This document shows, in pieces, positions 38,136-48,217 of a DNA stretch of 64,000 nucleotides. The first letter of the stretch is position 1. Every line of letters starts with the position of its first letter. A program made the translations under genes and the position numbers. The notes beneath the pieces are model-generated. The model had not been told where the DNA came from. It did no database searches and saw only the letters and a program-made list of their open reading frames with translations. The stretch spans positions 672,001 to 736,000 of the forward strand of contig CAWIKF010000001.1 of assembly GCA_963836755.1 (NCBI GenBank). Reading direction: 5' to 3'. Origin of the DNA: an uncultured Verrucomicrobiae bacterium. GTDB lineage: Bacteria; Verrucomicrobiota; Verrucomicrobiia; Chthoniobacterales; Chthoniobacteraceae.

Positions 38136-38552
38136 ATGCAAATCCTATCACGTAAAATCCTCACTTTGCTGGCCTGTGGAGCCAGCTTCAGCATCGCGCA
38201 AGCGCAAGATACTTCGACGCCATCGGCCAGTGCGTCGCCTTCTGCCGGCACGCAATGCCGCCATCATCACCACAAACATTCTGGCGCCCGCGGCGGAGAA
38301 AATCGGCTCGAGAAAATGACGCAGGAGCTCAATCTCACCGCTGACCAGCAGGCGAAAATCAAGCCGATCCTTGATGCGGCGAAAACGCAGATGCAGGCGG
38401 TCCACGCGGACACTTCGATGACGAAGGAGCAGAAGAGGGCGAAGATCAAGGACGTGCGTAAAGGCGTGCGTGGACAGGTGAGCGGCATTTTGACCGATGA
38501 TCAAAAGGCGAAACTCGCCACGCTTCACAAAGGACATCACGCAAAAAGCTGA
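38136..38552 (+). CDS. Spy/CpxP-like LTXXQ-motif periplasmic protein
   Basis: Signal peptide; LNLTADQQAKI and ILTDDQKAKL motifs. Confidence 0.8.
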   Translation: MQILSRKILTLLACGASFSIAQAQDTSTPSASASPSAGTQCRHHHHKHSGARGGENRLEKMTQELNLTADQQAKIKPILDAAKTQMQAVHADTSMTKEQKRAKIKDVRKGVRGQVSGILTDDQKAKLATLHKGHHAKS

Positions 38553-38575
38553 TTTCAAACGAGACCAAACAAACC

Positions 38576-38610
38576 AAAGCCGCTCCGGAAAGCCGGAGCG
38601 GCTTTTTATT
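38576..38610 (+). terminator. Rho-independent terminator
   Basis: AAAGCCGCTCCGG-AAAG-CCGGAGCGGCTTTTTATT perfect stem. Confidence 0.9.
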
Positions 38611-38668
38611 ATTTTTTCACGCGCCTTTGAGAATGGATATTGCACTGCTATAGTCCGCCGCATCGAAT

Positions 38669-39334
38669 ATGAAACGCTCCAGCCTGCTGTTTATTCTGCT
38701 CGTCTGCTCGTTCCGATTCATTTTCGCGCAAGCCGGCGAGGTGCTCTACATGGGACGCTATTACCACGATGTGACCGTGGAGTCGGTTGAGGGAACCAAA
38801 GCGAAAATTCATTCTACGGAGGGTGATGCGGAGATTCCGCTGAGCGCTCTGCCGCCGATCCTGCAACGGATTTCGAAACCAACGCCTGCCGCCACGCCGA
38901 GGCCCACGCCGGTGAGGCATCCGTCGCCGGCATTCCATGAGCCGACGCCGCGTCCGGTGAACCCCGCAGCGTCAGCTCCCGATTGGCCTTTTCAAAGTGC
39001 GGCGTGGCAGGGGAGGTCGACGCACCCGGCGCTTCCGAAAGTCGTTTTCGCGCCGGGCGAGGTCCGGCTGCGCGGCCACATCGCGCAAAAGTTTCACGGC
39101 GGGCTGCTCGTCGATTGCCCGGATCCGGCGCAACTCACTGGCACCGCCAGCGCAAATCCAGCGGCAACCGAGCCGACCGCATACGGAACATTTTTTCTAA
39201 AAAATCATCCGATGGAAACTTACCTCGTCAATCAAGATCCGGTGAACGTCATTGCGAAACCGATCGACGGAATCTTCACGAGCGACGGGCAAAATTTCCG
39301 CGTTTACGAGGTCACGAAAGCGGACGCGCGGTGA
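38669..39334 (+). CDS. Hypothetical exported protein with Pro-rich linker
   Basis: Signal peptide; PTPAATPRPTP linker between two small beta-rich domains. Confidence 0.7.
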   Translation: MKRSSLLFILLVCSFRFIFAQAGEVLYMGRYYHDVTVESVEGTKAKIHSTEGDAEIPLSALPPILQRISKPTPAATPRPTPVRHPSPAFHEPTPRPVNPAASAPDWPFQSAAWQGRSTHPALPKVVFAPGEVRLRGHIAQKFHGGLLVDCPDPAQLTGTASANPAATEPTAYGTFFLKNHPMETYLVNQDPVNVIAKPIDGIFTSDGQNFRVYEVTKADAR

Positions 39335-39352
39335 GGCAGCGGCCGGCGGTTT

Positions 39353-40414
39353 TTATGCCGGCAATTTTCCGTTTCTTTCGAATTCCAGCAGCAGACGTTT
39401 GCGCCAGACGCCGCCGCCGTAGCCGCTGAGCGTCCCGTTTTTTGCGATCACGCGGTGGCACGGGACGAGGAGATAAATCGGGTTCGCCGCGTTTGCGCGC
39501 GCGACGGCGCGAACGGCGGATGGAGCGCCGAGGCGCGCGGCGATTGTTTCATAGCTGGCCGTTTCGCCGCACGGAATGCGCTGCAACTCGCGCCATGTGC
39601 GTTGCTGAAAATCTGAGCCGTGCGCGGCGAACGGCACGGTGAATTCGCGGCGCTTTTTTTCAAAATATTCGCGCAGCTCGGTGCGAAGCTGCCTGAGAAT
39701 TGCATTGTCGCCGGGCACGACCGCCAATGCGAAACGTTGGCGCAAAGACGAGTAACTTTTTTCCAACGCGCGCCGATCGGCAAATTCCAACTGGCACAAA
39801 AGTTCGTGGCGCGCGGCTGCAAGCATCGGGCCGAGCGGTGTGTCGAGCAGCGCGACGTGGATGCAATCGCCGCGGCGCATGCGGCCGGGCGGCTTTCCGA
39901 ATGTCCGTGAAAACGCCTCGCGAAAACCGCTGTGCGAATCGAACCCGTGGCCGAGGATGACATCGTCCATCGGCGCACCATCGCGCATTTGCGTGAAGGC
40001 GCGGGCGAGGCGCAATCCGCGGCACCAGGCGGTGAATGTCATGCCGTGATTTTTTTGAAACCAGCGCCGCACTTTTTCCGGGGCGATTCCGAGCGCGAGC
40101 AAATCGGTCGCAGAAATTTTTTCGCCGGGCACATCGGCGGCGCGCGCCATCAAGGCGGCAACCCATGAAGGCGGCTGGCCGTTCGCAAGCTCGGGGGCGC
40201 AGCGTTTGCACGGGCGGTAGCCGGCGCGGAGCGCATCGCCGGCGCTCGCAAAAAATTCCAGGTGCTCGCGCTTCGGTTGCGACGGACACGACGGTCGGCA
40301 GAAAACGCCGGTAGTTTTGACGCCGAGAAAAAAGAGCCCGTCATAGCTCGCGTCGCGCGCGCGCCACGCGGTGGCCATTTCGCTTTCGGTCAAACTCGTT
40401 TGCTGGAACATCAC
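39353..40414 (-). CDS. ada: Bifunctional Ada regulator / O6-methylguanine-DNA methyltransferase
   Basis: TTGVFCRPSC, GYRPCKRC Zn motif, AraC HTH, VPCHRV active site. Confidence 0.95.
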   Translation of the reverse strand: MMFQQTSLTESEMATAWRARDASYDGLFFLGVKTTGVFCRPSCPSQPKREHLEFFASAGDALRAGYRPCKRCAPELANGQPPSWVAALMARAADVPGEKISATDLLALGIAPEKVRRWFQKNHGMTFTAWCRGLRLARAFTQMRDGAPMDDVILGHGFDSHSGFREAFSRTFGKPPGRMRRGDCIHVALLDTPLGPMLAAARHELLCQLEFADRRALEKSYSSLRQRFALAVVPGDNAILRQLRTELREYFEKKRREFTVPFAAHGSDFQQRTWRELQRIPCGETASYETIAARLGAPSAVRAVARANAANPIYLLVPCHRVIAKNGTLSGYGGGVWRKRLLLEFERNGKLPA

Positions 40415-40467
40415 GCTAAGAATCTACCACCGGCTTCCACCGAAAAAACGACACCGCATTGCGTGCT

Positions 40468-42255
40468 TCAAGCCGCACCGATGCCGAGATCGTAGCGGCT
40501 CGAGAGTTCCTGCAACTGCGTGCCGAGTTCTTCGAGTTTTTTCGCGTGCGCCTTCAATTGCATCGCACTTTCGAGATTTTCCGCGCTCACGTTTTTGATG
40601 TGCTGCATCGCGATTACGACCTGCTCGATGCCGGAAAGTTGCTCGCGGCTCGACGTTGCAATTTGCGTCGACGCGTTCGCCGCCTGCATCACATTTTCGC
40701 CGAGCGCGACGATCGATTCGCCCGCTTCATCGGAGCGCTGCACGCCGGTTTCGACGGCTTTGTTGCCCTGCTCGGTGAGCAGCGCGGCGCTGTGCGTCGC
40801 CTTTTGGATATCCCCCAAAATCGTCCGCACCTGCGCCGTCGCGGCCTTACTTTGCTCCGCGAGAAATTTCACCGCCTGCGCGACCACCGCGAATCCTTTT
40901 CCATTTTCACCGGCCTTCGCGGCCTCGATCGCGGCGTTGACTGCGAGCAAATTTGACTGTCGCGCGAGGTCTTCGACCGCGCTGATGATTTCGCTGATTG
41001 CGCGGCTTTGCTCGCTGAGTCGCATCATTCCGACGGCGATGGAATCCATCTGCTGCCGGATTTCCTGGGTGCCCACGCGCATCTCTTCTGCGGCGCGTCT
41101 GCCGCTTTCGGAGATCGCAGCCGTCGTCTGCGCGCGCGCCGCCACGCCGTCGGCTTTTTCGCTCGCGAGCTGCGCCGTCTGCCGCAATTCCTCGATCGTC
41201 ACCGTCGTCTCACTCAATGCCACGGCCGTGTGACTTGCGCCCTGCGCAAGCTGTCCCGTCGAGCCGACAATTTCATTTGCCGTCGAGCCGAGCACCGCGA
41301 TTCCGCGCCCGATCTCCGCAATTACTTTGGAAAGATCGGCCGTCCGCTCCTGCACTCGCACTTCGAGTTCATCTCGCGCTTTTCGCAGCGCTTCGTCGGC
41401 GAGGTCGCGCTCGGATTCCTTCCGGTCGAGCATCACGGCGTTGCTCCAGATCAACGCAGAAAAAACAATCACCACGCACAGCACGAAAAGCGAAAACGCA
41501 AAATCCGCATCGTAAAAACGCGCGCGATGTCCGGAGAGAATCAGCCACCCGAGCAGCAGCGGTGCACCGACGATCATGGCCAGCAAATGCCTCAGCATCA
41601 TCCCGCCCGCGCCGTCATTCGTCAGTCGCGCCATCCAGCCGCTGCGCGGTTGCGCGCAGAGCAGAGCGCAAGCGAGCGCGACGAATCCGAACGCCGTGTG
41701 CAGCGCCATCGGGATGAAACGCGCGATCCCCGTGAGGCTCGTGACGCCGTAGCAATAGCCGACCAGCGCGAGCAAACCGATCAACGCAACCGCGAGCGCG
41801 AGCAATTGCGCGAGACGCCCTCCGCCTCGCCGGGCGCTGCGTTCCGTCAGCAAAAGCGCGGCGCCGAGCAGGAGAAAATTGAGCGCAGTCGTCGGCGCCA
41901 TGCGGTTCGGGATCGGGCCGAGATCGAGTTTGTGCGGGAACAAAATTTGATCGAGCCCCAGATCGAATCCGAACCGGATTCCCCCGAGTTTCAACGCCGC
42001 GACCAGGACCACCACGAACGCCGCGAGTTGCTGCCACGCGGAAATTGTTTCCACTTCCTCATCGCCGCAAAACCCCACCAGCGACAAGCCGCAAAGCAGA
42101 AAGCAAAGCGCCGTCAGCGGGTTCATCGCCACCAGGGCAGGTGCAACGCGCTTGAGCGGTTCGACGTCTAAGATCCAGCCTGCGAGCACCAGCGCGGGCA
42201 GCACCAGGGCGACGCCGCATCCGAATCGCAACACCCATCGGCACACCTTTGGCAT
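40468..42255 (-). CDS. Methyl-accepting chemotaxis protein with multi-TM N-terminal sensor
   Basis: About 7-8 TM helices with recurring M-x-P/H-x-TA motifs; [27 protein letters not shown]. Confidence 0.9.
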   Translation of the reverse strand: MPKVCRWVLRFGCGVALVLPALVLAGWILDVEPLKRVAPALVAMNPLTALCFLLCGLSLVGFCGDEEVETISAWQQLAAFVVVLVAALKLGGIRFGFDLGLDQILFPHKLDLGPIPNRMAPTTALNFLLLGAALLLTERSARRGGGRLAQLLALAVALIGLLALVGYCYGVTSLTGIARFIPMALHTAFGFVALACALLCAQPRSGWMARLTNDGAGGMMLRHLLAMIVGAPLLLGWLILSGHRARFYDADFAFSLFVLCVVIVFSALIWSNAVMLDRKESERDLADEALRKARDELEVRVQERTADLSKVIAEIGRGIAVLGSTANEIVGSTGQLAQGASHTAVALSETTVTIEELRQTAQLASEKADGVAARAQTTAAISESGRRAAEEMRVGTQEIRQQMDSIAVGMMRLSEQSRAISEIISAVEDLARQSNLLAVNAAIEAAKAGENGKGFAVVAQAVKFLAEQSKAATAQVRTILGDIQKATHSAALLTEQGNKAVETGVQRSDEAGESIVALGENVMQAANASTQIATSSREQLSGIEQVVIAMQHIKNVSAENLESAMQLKAHAKKLEELGTQLQELSSRYDLGIGAA

Positions 42256-42350
42256 CGCCCAGCTATAAGCGGCCGCCGTTTTTACGCCATGAAAAAAGTC
42301 GCGAACTTCGCGCCGTCGTGCGCCGCACCGACTCGCGTCAAAGTTCGCTC

Positions 42351-42731
42351 CTACGGCGTCAGCAATCCCGCGAAATGTGCGCGATACCGGGCCAGCAAAA
42401 ACAGCGCGAGCGCCGACACGACCGCCGCGATCGGCAGCCCGGAAGGATCGAGGCAAAGATGATAGAGATCGATGTTTACGATCACCGGCCCGAGCAGCGT
42501 GAGCCCGAGCGCCACATACCGCCCGAGCAGCAAAAGCGCCCCGCCCGCGACCTGCAGCCCGCCGATGACGAGCATGTAAGGGTTGCCCATCAGCGCCCGC
42601 ATGAAAAACTGCGCGCGCTCCGGCGGCGCGACCGGCGGTTTCATCGGCAGGAAATGGAAAAAGATGTTCAAGCCAAAGACCACGAACGCGAGCCCGAGGA
42701 GGATGCGGATGATTGTGGTGAAAACTTTCAT
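42351..42731 (-). CDS. DoxX-like membrane protein
   Basis: RILLGLAFVVFGLN, LLLGRYVALGLTLLGPVIVNI..H. Confidence 0.75.
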   Translation of the reverse strand: MKVFTTIIRILLGLAFVVFGLNIFFHFLPMKPPVAPPERAQFFMRALMGNPYMLVIGGLQVAGGALLLLGRYVALGLTLLGPVIVNIDLYHLCLDPSGLPIAAVVSALALFLLARYRAHFAGLLTP

Positions 42732-42817
42732 GCGCCGCCAGAATGCGCAGATCTCGTGAGAAGGCAACAGCGAATCCGCGCGTAGAAAACTCGCGGAAAT
42801 GGAGTAAAAGTTGGCCG

Positions 42818-43744
42818 CTACATCTTCGGCGGATACGCAGGCAAATGCGCGAAGCCGTAACGGAGTAAAAGTTTGCTGTCCTCCCAAATCCCCGGCTTGT
42901 CCGTGTGCATCACGACCGCGATCACCTCGCGCGTCCCCCAAAGCGCAGAGCTGACGAGCACCTGCTGCGCGGGATTCGTGTAGCCAGTTTTGACGCCAGT
43001 GCAGCCGGGGAATACCGTCAGGAGCCGGTTGTGATTGCGCAGCTCGAACGGCCCGTTTTGGTTCGTCCACAAATGGTTGACCGTGCCGACGATGCGGCGA
43101 AAAAGCGGCTGCTGCATGGCGGCGCGCGCGATCAGCGCGAGGTCGTGCGGCGTGGTGTAATGCTCCGGATCGTGCAGGCCGTTCGGGTTGACGAAGTGGC
43201 TGTTCGTCGCGCCGAGTTCGCGCGCGCGGCGATTCATTTTGTCCGCGAATGCTTCGATGCTGCCGGCGTCGTCGCGCGCGAGGAGATGCGCCACGTCGTT
43301 CGCGCTTTTTAAAAGCATTCCGTAGAGCAGCTCGATGCGTGGATAATGATCGCCGACGCGCATCTCGAGCGAACTCTCCGGAACCTTCGGCTCCTCCGCG
43401 TCGGCGAGGGCTTCCTGGTCGAGATGACCATTTTCGATGACGAGCAGCGCGGTCAGAATTTTCGTAGTGCTCGCCGGATAGAAAGGCTGGTCCGCATTTT
43501 TTGCGTAGATAATTTCGCCAGTGACTTCATCGATCACACACGCGCCTTGCGCCGCGATCGGGAGGTCGCCGGTGAAAGTGTAAACATCGACGGCCGGTGA
43601 CGAAGATGCGCTCGCAGCCTGCGTGGGAGCGGCGTCGGCGGTCTTGTGAGTGGAGGCCTTTTTCCGTTTGTGCGTCGTGGCCGCAAACGCGGGAGCGCCG
43701 TGAAAAAACAGCGAGAGGCCGGCGAGCAGCGCGAGATTTTTCAC
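42818..43744 (-). CDS. D-alanyl-D-alanine carboxypeptidase (peptidase S11)
   Basis: PASTTK (SxxK), SAND (SxN), NPNGL, KTGYT; GTGA overlap with the upstream gene. Confidence 0.93.
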   Translation of the reverse strand: MKNLALLAGLSLFFHGAPAFAATTHKRKKASTHKTADAAPTQAASASSSPAVDVYTFTGDLPIAAQGACVIDEVTGEIIYAKNADQPFYPASTTKILTALLVIENGHLDQEALADAEEPKVPESSLEMRVGDHYPRIELLYGMLLKSANDVAHLLARDDAGSIEAFADKMNRRARELGATNSHFVNPNGLHDPEHYTTPHDLALIARAAMQQPLFRRIVGTVNHLWTNQNGPFELRNHNRLLTVFPGCTGVKTGYTNPAQQVLVSSALWGTREVIAVVMHTDKPGIWEDSKLLLRYGFAHLPAYPPKM

Positions 43745-44952
43745 GCAGCCTCGCTCCCATCGACCATCAGCCATCGGATGGGTGACTGGTGCTGAACAAT
43801 CGCGTCATAAACATCGCCGACCGCGCCATCGAATGGCACGGCGATCAAGTCTGCATGCGCCCCGGGAGCGATCTGGCCGAGCGTTTCACTTTTTTGCAAA
43901 GCCTTCGCCGGATGCAGCGTGACGGTGCGCAAAATTTCCTCCGCGCCCAGCGTCGGCTCGTTTTTTTGCAACGCCTGCATCTCGGCAAAAAGGCTGAGCG
44001 AATCATTGCTCGCGAGGCTGTCGGTGCCGAGCGAGATGTTGACGCCGCAGTCGCGCAGTTTCTGGAATTGAAACCTGCTGTGCGCGAAATACGCGTGACT
44101 GCGCGGGCAGTGAACGATGTTTAAACTTTTGCCGGCGAGAAGATCGAAGTCGTCGGCGTCGAGCTCGTTTGCATGCGCGAGAATCCAGTTTTCATCGACG
44201 AGATGATTTTCCAGCAATCGCCGCAGCGAGGAACGCCCGCCGCAATCGCTCATGTCGCGCCCGAGCCCGCGCATGAAATCAAACAGCGGCCCACTCGCGT
44301 CTCGAAACATCGCCTGCTCCTCGCGCGACTCCGCGACGTGCGTCGTGAGCGGCATGCCGGTGATGCGCGCGCAGTCGTTCGCGAGGCGATAAAGCGCCTC
44401 CGATGAAGTGTAAGGCGCGTGCGGGCTGAGGCCGAAACCGCCGAGCCAGCCGGGCCGTTCCTTGAAAAACATGAACGCGCCGGCGACGAGCCGATCCGTG
44501 GCGACGCGATGCCGCACGTCGATCATTTCATAAAACCACCACGTGCGAATCGGCGGCGCGGGCATTTGCGGGAGCAGCTCGGGAAAAGCCTCGATGTTAA
44601 AAACAGTCGTCGTCCCCCATTTTTTCAACTCCACAAAACCGCTCGCAATCGCGCGCAAATAATCGCTGTCGTCGAGGCTGCGCTTGAGCGCGTTGATGCG
44701 CGCGATCCATTGTGTGAAAGGTTGCGCCGCGTGGATGGCGTTGCGCATCATCGAGTAATCGAGATGGCAATGCGCGTTGATCAAGCCGGGCAAAAGCGCC
44801 TGCTCACCAAGGTCGTGAAGCTTGCCGGCGTAGAGCCGTCGCACCTCGTCAAATGCCCCGACGGCTTGGATTTGGCCGCCGGAAATCGCCACCGCGCCGT
44901 TCTCAATCGGCGGCCCATCCATTGTCACGACGATGCGCGCGCGGCAGATCAT
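43741..44952 (-). CDS. Metal-dependent amidohydrolase (nucleoside deaminase-like)
   Basis: PGLINAHCH, SPHAPY, THVAES, HCPRS, LGTDS. Confidence 0.88.
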   Translation of the reverse strand: MICRARIVVTMDGPPIENGAVAISGGQIQAVGAFDEVRRLYAGKLHDLGEQALLPGLINAHCHLDYSMMRNAIHAAQPFTQWIARINALKRSLDDSDYLRAIASGFVELKKWGTTTVFNIEAFPELLPQMPAPPIRTWWFYEMIDVRHRVATDRLVAGAFMFFKERPGWLGGFGLSPHAPYTSSEALYRLANDCARITGMPLTTHVAESREEQAMFRDASGPLFDFMRGLGRDMSDCGGRSSLRRLLENHLVDENWILAHANELDADDFDLLAGKSLNIVHCPRSHAYFAHSRFQFQKLRDCGVNISLGTDSLASNDSLSLFAEMQALQKNEPTLGAEEILRTVTLHPAKALQKSETLGQIAPGAHADLIAVPFDGAVGDVYDAIVQHQSPIRWLMVDGSEAA

Positions 44953-45587
44953 TTTGGCGCTCCCTCGGTTCCACGGACGACATCGCGAGCGGCTGCGACG
45001 AGGAGATTACAGGCCTCGTGGCAGAGCAGGGGAATCGCCTGAAGGCCCGTGGCAGCTTGATCCACGGCCGGGTCGAACTTTTCCTCAGGCAGCGAAGTCA
45101 TCGGAAAATTGTCGTCGATGCGCCACAAAATAGTTTTTAAACATCCGTCGCAGGATCGACAGAAACGGCCGATGAGCGAATCGGCCTGTTGGTCGGAGAG
45201 TTTCTTCGTCACCGCATACATTCCCGATTGGCGGTTCAGCGTTTCGCGCAGATTTACGCGGAGCAAAACTCCGCGCTCATGCGTCCTAAAGACGCCCAGC
45301 ATTGCGGGGTAAAACTCTTCGATCGCAGCGCGCACTTCTTGAAGATCGCGCAACACGAGTTTCCAGCCGCGGCGCAAATTTGGCGCAGTCTTGAGCGGAC
45401 GAAAAATTCCTGCGGCATCATATTTCGCAAGTTCGCGAGCCGCGATCGGAGAGTTAAACACCTGCAGATTGTCGCGGTCACTGTCAGCGTGATGCGTGAT
45501 TTCGAATGTGCCGCGAATCACAATCTCGCCAATGCTTCCGCCGCCATTTTCCAGCAGTTTTTCGAGAGACGAAACGTTGCCGTTCAC
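44949..45587 (-). CDS. DR2241-family C-terminal (Fe-S) domain protein
   Basis: FRPLKTAPNLRRGW, FYPA, RQSGMY, CRSCDGCLK..W, LCHEAC. Confidence 0.72.
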   Translation of the reverse strand: MNGNVSSLEKLLENGGGSIGEIVIRGTFEITHHADSDRDNLQVFNSPIAARELAKYDAAGIFRPLKTAPNLRRGWKLVLRDLQEVRAAIEEFYPAMLGVFRTHERGVLLRVNLRETLNRQSGMYAVTKKLSDQQADSLIGRFCRSCDGCLKTILWRIDDNFPMTSLPEEKFDPAVDQAATGLQAIPLLCHEACNLLVAAARDVVRGTEGAPK

Positions 45588-46405
45588 ACGTGTTGAAAAG
45601 TCTCGTGATGCCGCGCGTCAAAGTCCTCAACCTGATCGAGCACGAGATCTGCAAAAAGTTTCTCTGTCCCGATCGCGCTGCTGTAAAAAAGCTCGCGGCC
45701 ACTGATTTGATAAGGATTCCGGCGGAATACCTCCATCCGGCTCGCAGCCTCGGTCGGCGTATTTTCAATGCCGAGCAGCACCGGGATGTCCTGATGACTG
45801 TGCAGGCCATCGGCCACGAAAAATGGAACGGCGACAACGTTCCGTTGCGTTGCCATTTTCCGCCAATCAGTGACGAGTGGTTCCTCTTCCATGAACACGC
45901 CGAAAACTTCCGCGTATTCGCCGCGCTGTTGAATGAGCCGGACCTGATTCTTCACCGCCGCGCCGGAATTGTCGTTCAGCGAAGTGCCGTGACCGATGAT
46001 CAAAAGGCTCGTCGCGCTCGGCGGCACACCGGGTGCGACTTCAGCGGCGCGATGCAGAAGCAGGTCAGTCATGCGCGCGTGATTTCCCACAGGCTCGCAA
46101 TATTTGACCACTCGCCCGTCGCGCCATGTCACCGCGCCGGGAAGCTCCAGTTCGCGCGGGATGATTTTTTGCGTGAAGTAGCCTTCGCTGATGAAATTCG
46201 GAACGATGTAAATGTCCCCGCTTTCCACTGTGTATAACACCTGTCGCAGGCTCGGCTCTTCTTTCCAAAACGCGCAGGCAACTTCACCAAAAATGCCGCG
46301 AGCCCTGATTTCATCGGCGTGCGCGAGCGTCGGCGCGCTGGAATCGGGGTTGACCGTCGAGCCGTGGCCGACGATGATGAGCGCGCTGTCCGGTTTTGAA
46401 AACAT
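45584..46405 (-). CDS. CbiX/SirB-like class II chelatase-domain protein
   Basis: Two half-domains: IVGHGS..AFWKEEP..VPNFISEG and IIGHGT..FMEEEP..VPFFVADGLH. Confidence 0.85.
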   Translation of the reverse strand: MFSKPDSALIIVGHGSTVNPDSSAPTLAHADEIRARGIFGEVACAFWKEEPSLRQVLYTVESGDIYIVPNFISEGYFTQKIIPRELELPGAVTWRDGRVVKYCEPVGNHARMTDLLLHRAAEVAPGVPPSATSLLIIGHGTSLNDNSGAAVKNQVRLIQQRGEYAEVFGVFMEEEPLVTDWRKMATQRNVVAVPFFVADGLHSHQDIPVLLGIENTPTEAASRMEVFRRNPYQISGRELFYSSAIGTEKLFADLVLDQVEDFDARHHETFQHV

Positions 46406-46438
46406 TGCGGAGACTTTCGCGGATGCCCCGGGCGAAGT

Positions 46439-48217
46439 CTAATGGAATGCCGCGTCGATCGTCGCCACCTGCTGCCGCGCGCCATCGTCGTGGACATCGA
46501 ATTCTGCGGCGTGACGGTAAGCGCGCAGCGCAGAATCGGGCTGGTGCGCGTGCAGCCACAAGTCTCCGAGCAGATGCCAGGAATCGGAGCGCCACCATTG
46601 CGTCGTGAGGACTTTTTGCAGCGCTAAAATTGCCGGCTTCAGCTCGCGGCGCTCGATGAGATGACCGATGTAGCGTTTCTGGATCGACCAATCGTTCGGC
46701 GCGGATTGAGCGGCTTCAGCAAGCAAGTCGACGCGATCGCGGCCGGTCTGTTTGTATTCCAAAATCGCGAGATCCTGAATCGCTTCCGAACGCGTCAGCG
46801 GAATGCGGGCAGCTTTTTCAAATGCGTCTTGCGCCTTTTCAAAATTGTTCTCGCGCAAATAAACAGCTCCGAGTCCGAGCAGTCCTAAAGGCTGTTCTGG
46901 CGCACGTTGCAACGCCGTCACGAAATATGCTTCGGCGACGCGCTGATGACCCTGCGCCGATTCGAGCTGGCCGAGATTAATCAGCATGCGCGCGCTGTCA
47001 CCGCCGTCGGCAATCGTCCGCTCGAGAAAGGTCCGCTGATCGCGCCAATCGAAGTTGCGGGTAAAAGTTCGCGTTGCGAGAAATGCCGCCCAAGCCAGCA
47101 GCAGAGCCCATCCGGCGGATTTTGAAAGCCGAGGATGCGTAAGACTCAAAGCAGCGCCGGCAAACAAAAAAGCACTCGGAAAATAGAGCCAATGTTCGGC
47201 GACGGTCGCATTCAGACGCAGTAAATTCGAGACGGGCAAATACGCGATGACGAATGCAGCGAGGCAAAAGAACGCGCAGAGTTCGCGACGGCGCGTCCAG
47301 CGCATCCAGAAATAAAACGCGGCCATCAGCAGCACGCCGAGGAGCGATTGGAACTCGCGCAATTCAGCCGAGCGCAGGGTCGCATTCGCATCGCCGCGGC
47401 CAAAGGGGAGCACGTCGCGCTCCATGTGCAGGTGCGCTGGCGCAAGTAAAAGTCCCGCGTATTCAGCCCACGCCCGCGCGATCAAGATCGGCCGCGCGGC
47501 CGCGGCGATTGCAGTGGGCGGAGGCGGCGGCGTTTCGTGTTCTGCGGTAAAACGGAGCGCGCCGTAAATTCCAGCGATGCAGATCAGCGCGAGCAGCATC
47601 GGCCAAGGCTTTCGCTTGTTAAAAAAAGGAATGCACATCGCGAGCAGCGATGCGACGCAGCCACTTTCCTTTGACAACATTGCGGCGAGCAAACACGCCG
47701 CTCCGGAAATGAGCGACAGCGACGATCGCCCCATCGCCAAATAAAGTCCGGCGAAGCCGAAAAATGCCGCGATCAAGTCGGCGCGGCCTGACACATAAAT
47801 CACCGCCGCGGAATGCAGCGGATGAATTGCCCAAATCGTCGCCACGGCTGATGCCAGCAGGGTTGCGCGCGGGACCGCAAAATGCGCAAACAATTTTTCG
47901 AGAAGTAAGAAAAGCATCACCGCGGCCGCCGCGTGCAGCAGCAGATTCGTGAGATGCCAGCCCCATGCGTGAAAGCCGAACCAAGCGTAATCCCAAGTGT
48001 TCGCCACGCGTTGCAGCGGCCGGTAAAAGTCCGACGGGGCCGCGTCGGTGAAAAGAAAATGGCGAAAACTTTGCGGCAGCAGCCGCCAGCTTCGGATGAA
48101 CGGGTCGCGAAAAACCAACGCGGTGTCGTCCCAGACAAAGCCGTCGCGCAGGGCCGGCGCATAGACGGCGAAGACCGCGACGATGATCAGCAGAATGCCA
48201 GCAGTGCGTTTATTCAG
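46439..48217 (-). CDS. TMTC-like membrane glycosyltransferase (GT-C) with C-terminal TPRs; start uncertain
   Basis: FVWDD upstream of the ORF-track start; YRPL, HLTNLLLH, HPLHS, GRADL, SKE, AEHWLYFP; TPR C-terminus. Confidence 0.82.
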   Translation of the reverse strand: MNKRTAGILLIIVAVFAVYAPALRDGFVWDDTALVFRDPFIRSWRLLPQSFRHFLFTDAAPSDFYRPLQRVANTWDYAWFGFHAWGWHLTNLLLHAAAAVMLFLLLEKLFAHFAVPRATLLASAVATIWAIHPLHSAAVIYVSGRADLIAAFFGFAGLYLAMGRSSLSLISGAACLLAAMLSKESGCVASLLAMCIPFFNKRKPWPMLLALICIAGIYGALRFTAEHETPPPPPTAIAAAARPILIARAWAEYAGLLLAPAHLHMERDVLPFGRGDANATLRSAELREFQSLLGVLLMAAFYFWMRWTRRRELCAFFCLAAFVIAYLPVSNLLRLNATVAEHWLYFPSAFLFAGAALSLTHPRLSKSAGWALLLAWAAFLATRTFTRNFDWRDQRTFLERTIADGGDSARMLINLGQLESAQGHQRVAEAYFVTALQRAPEQPLGLLGLGAVYLRENNFEKAQDAFEKAARIPLTRSEAIQDLAILEYKQTGRDRVDLLAEAAQSAPNDWSIQKRYIGHLIERRELKPAILALQKVLTTQWWRSDSWHLLGDLWLHAHQPDSALRAYRHAAEFDVHDDGARQQVATIDAAFH

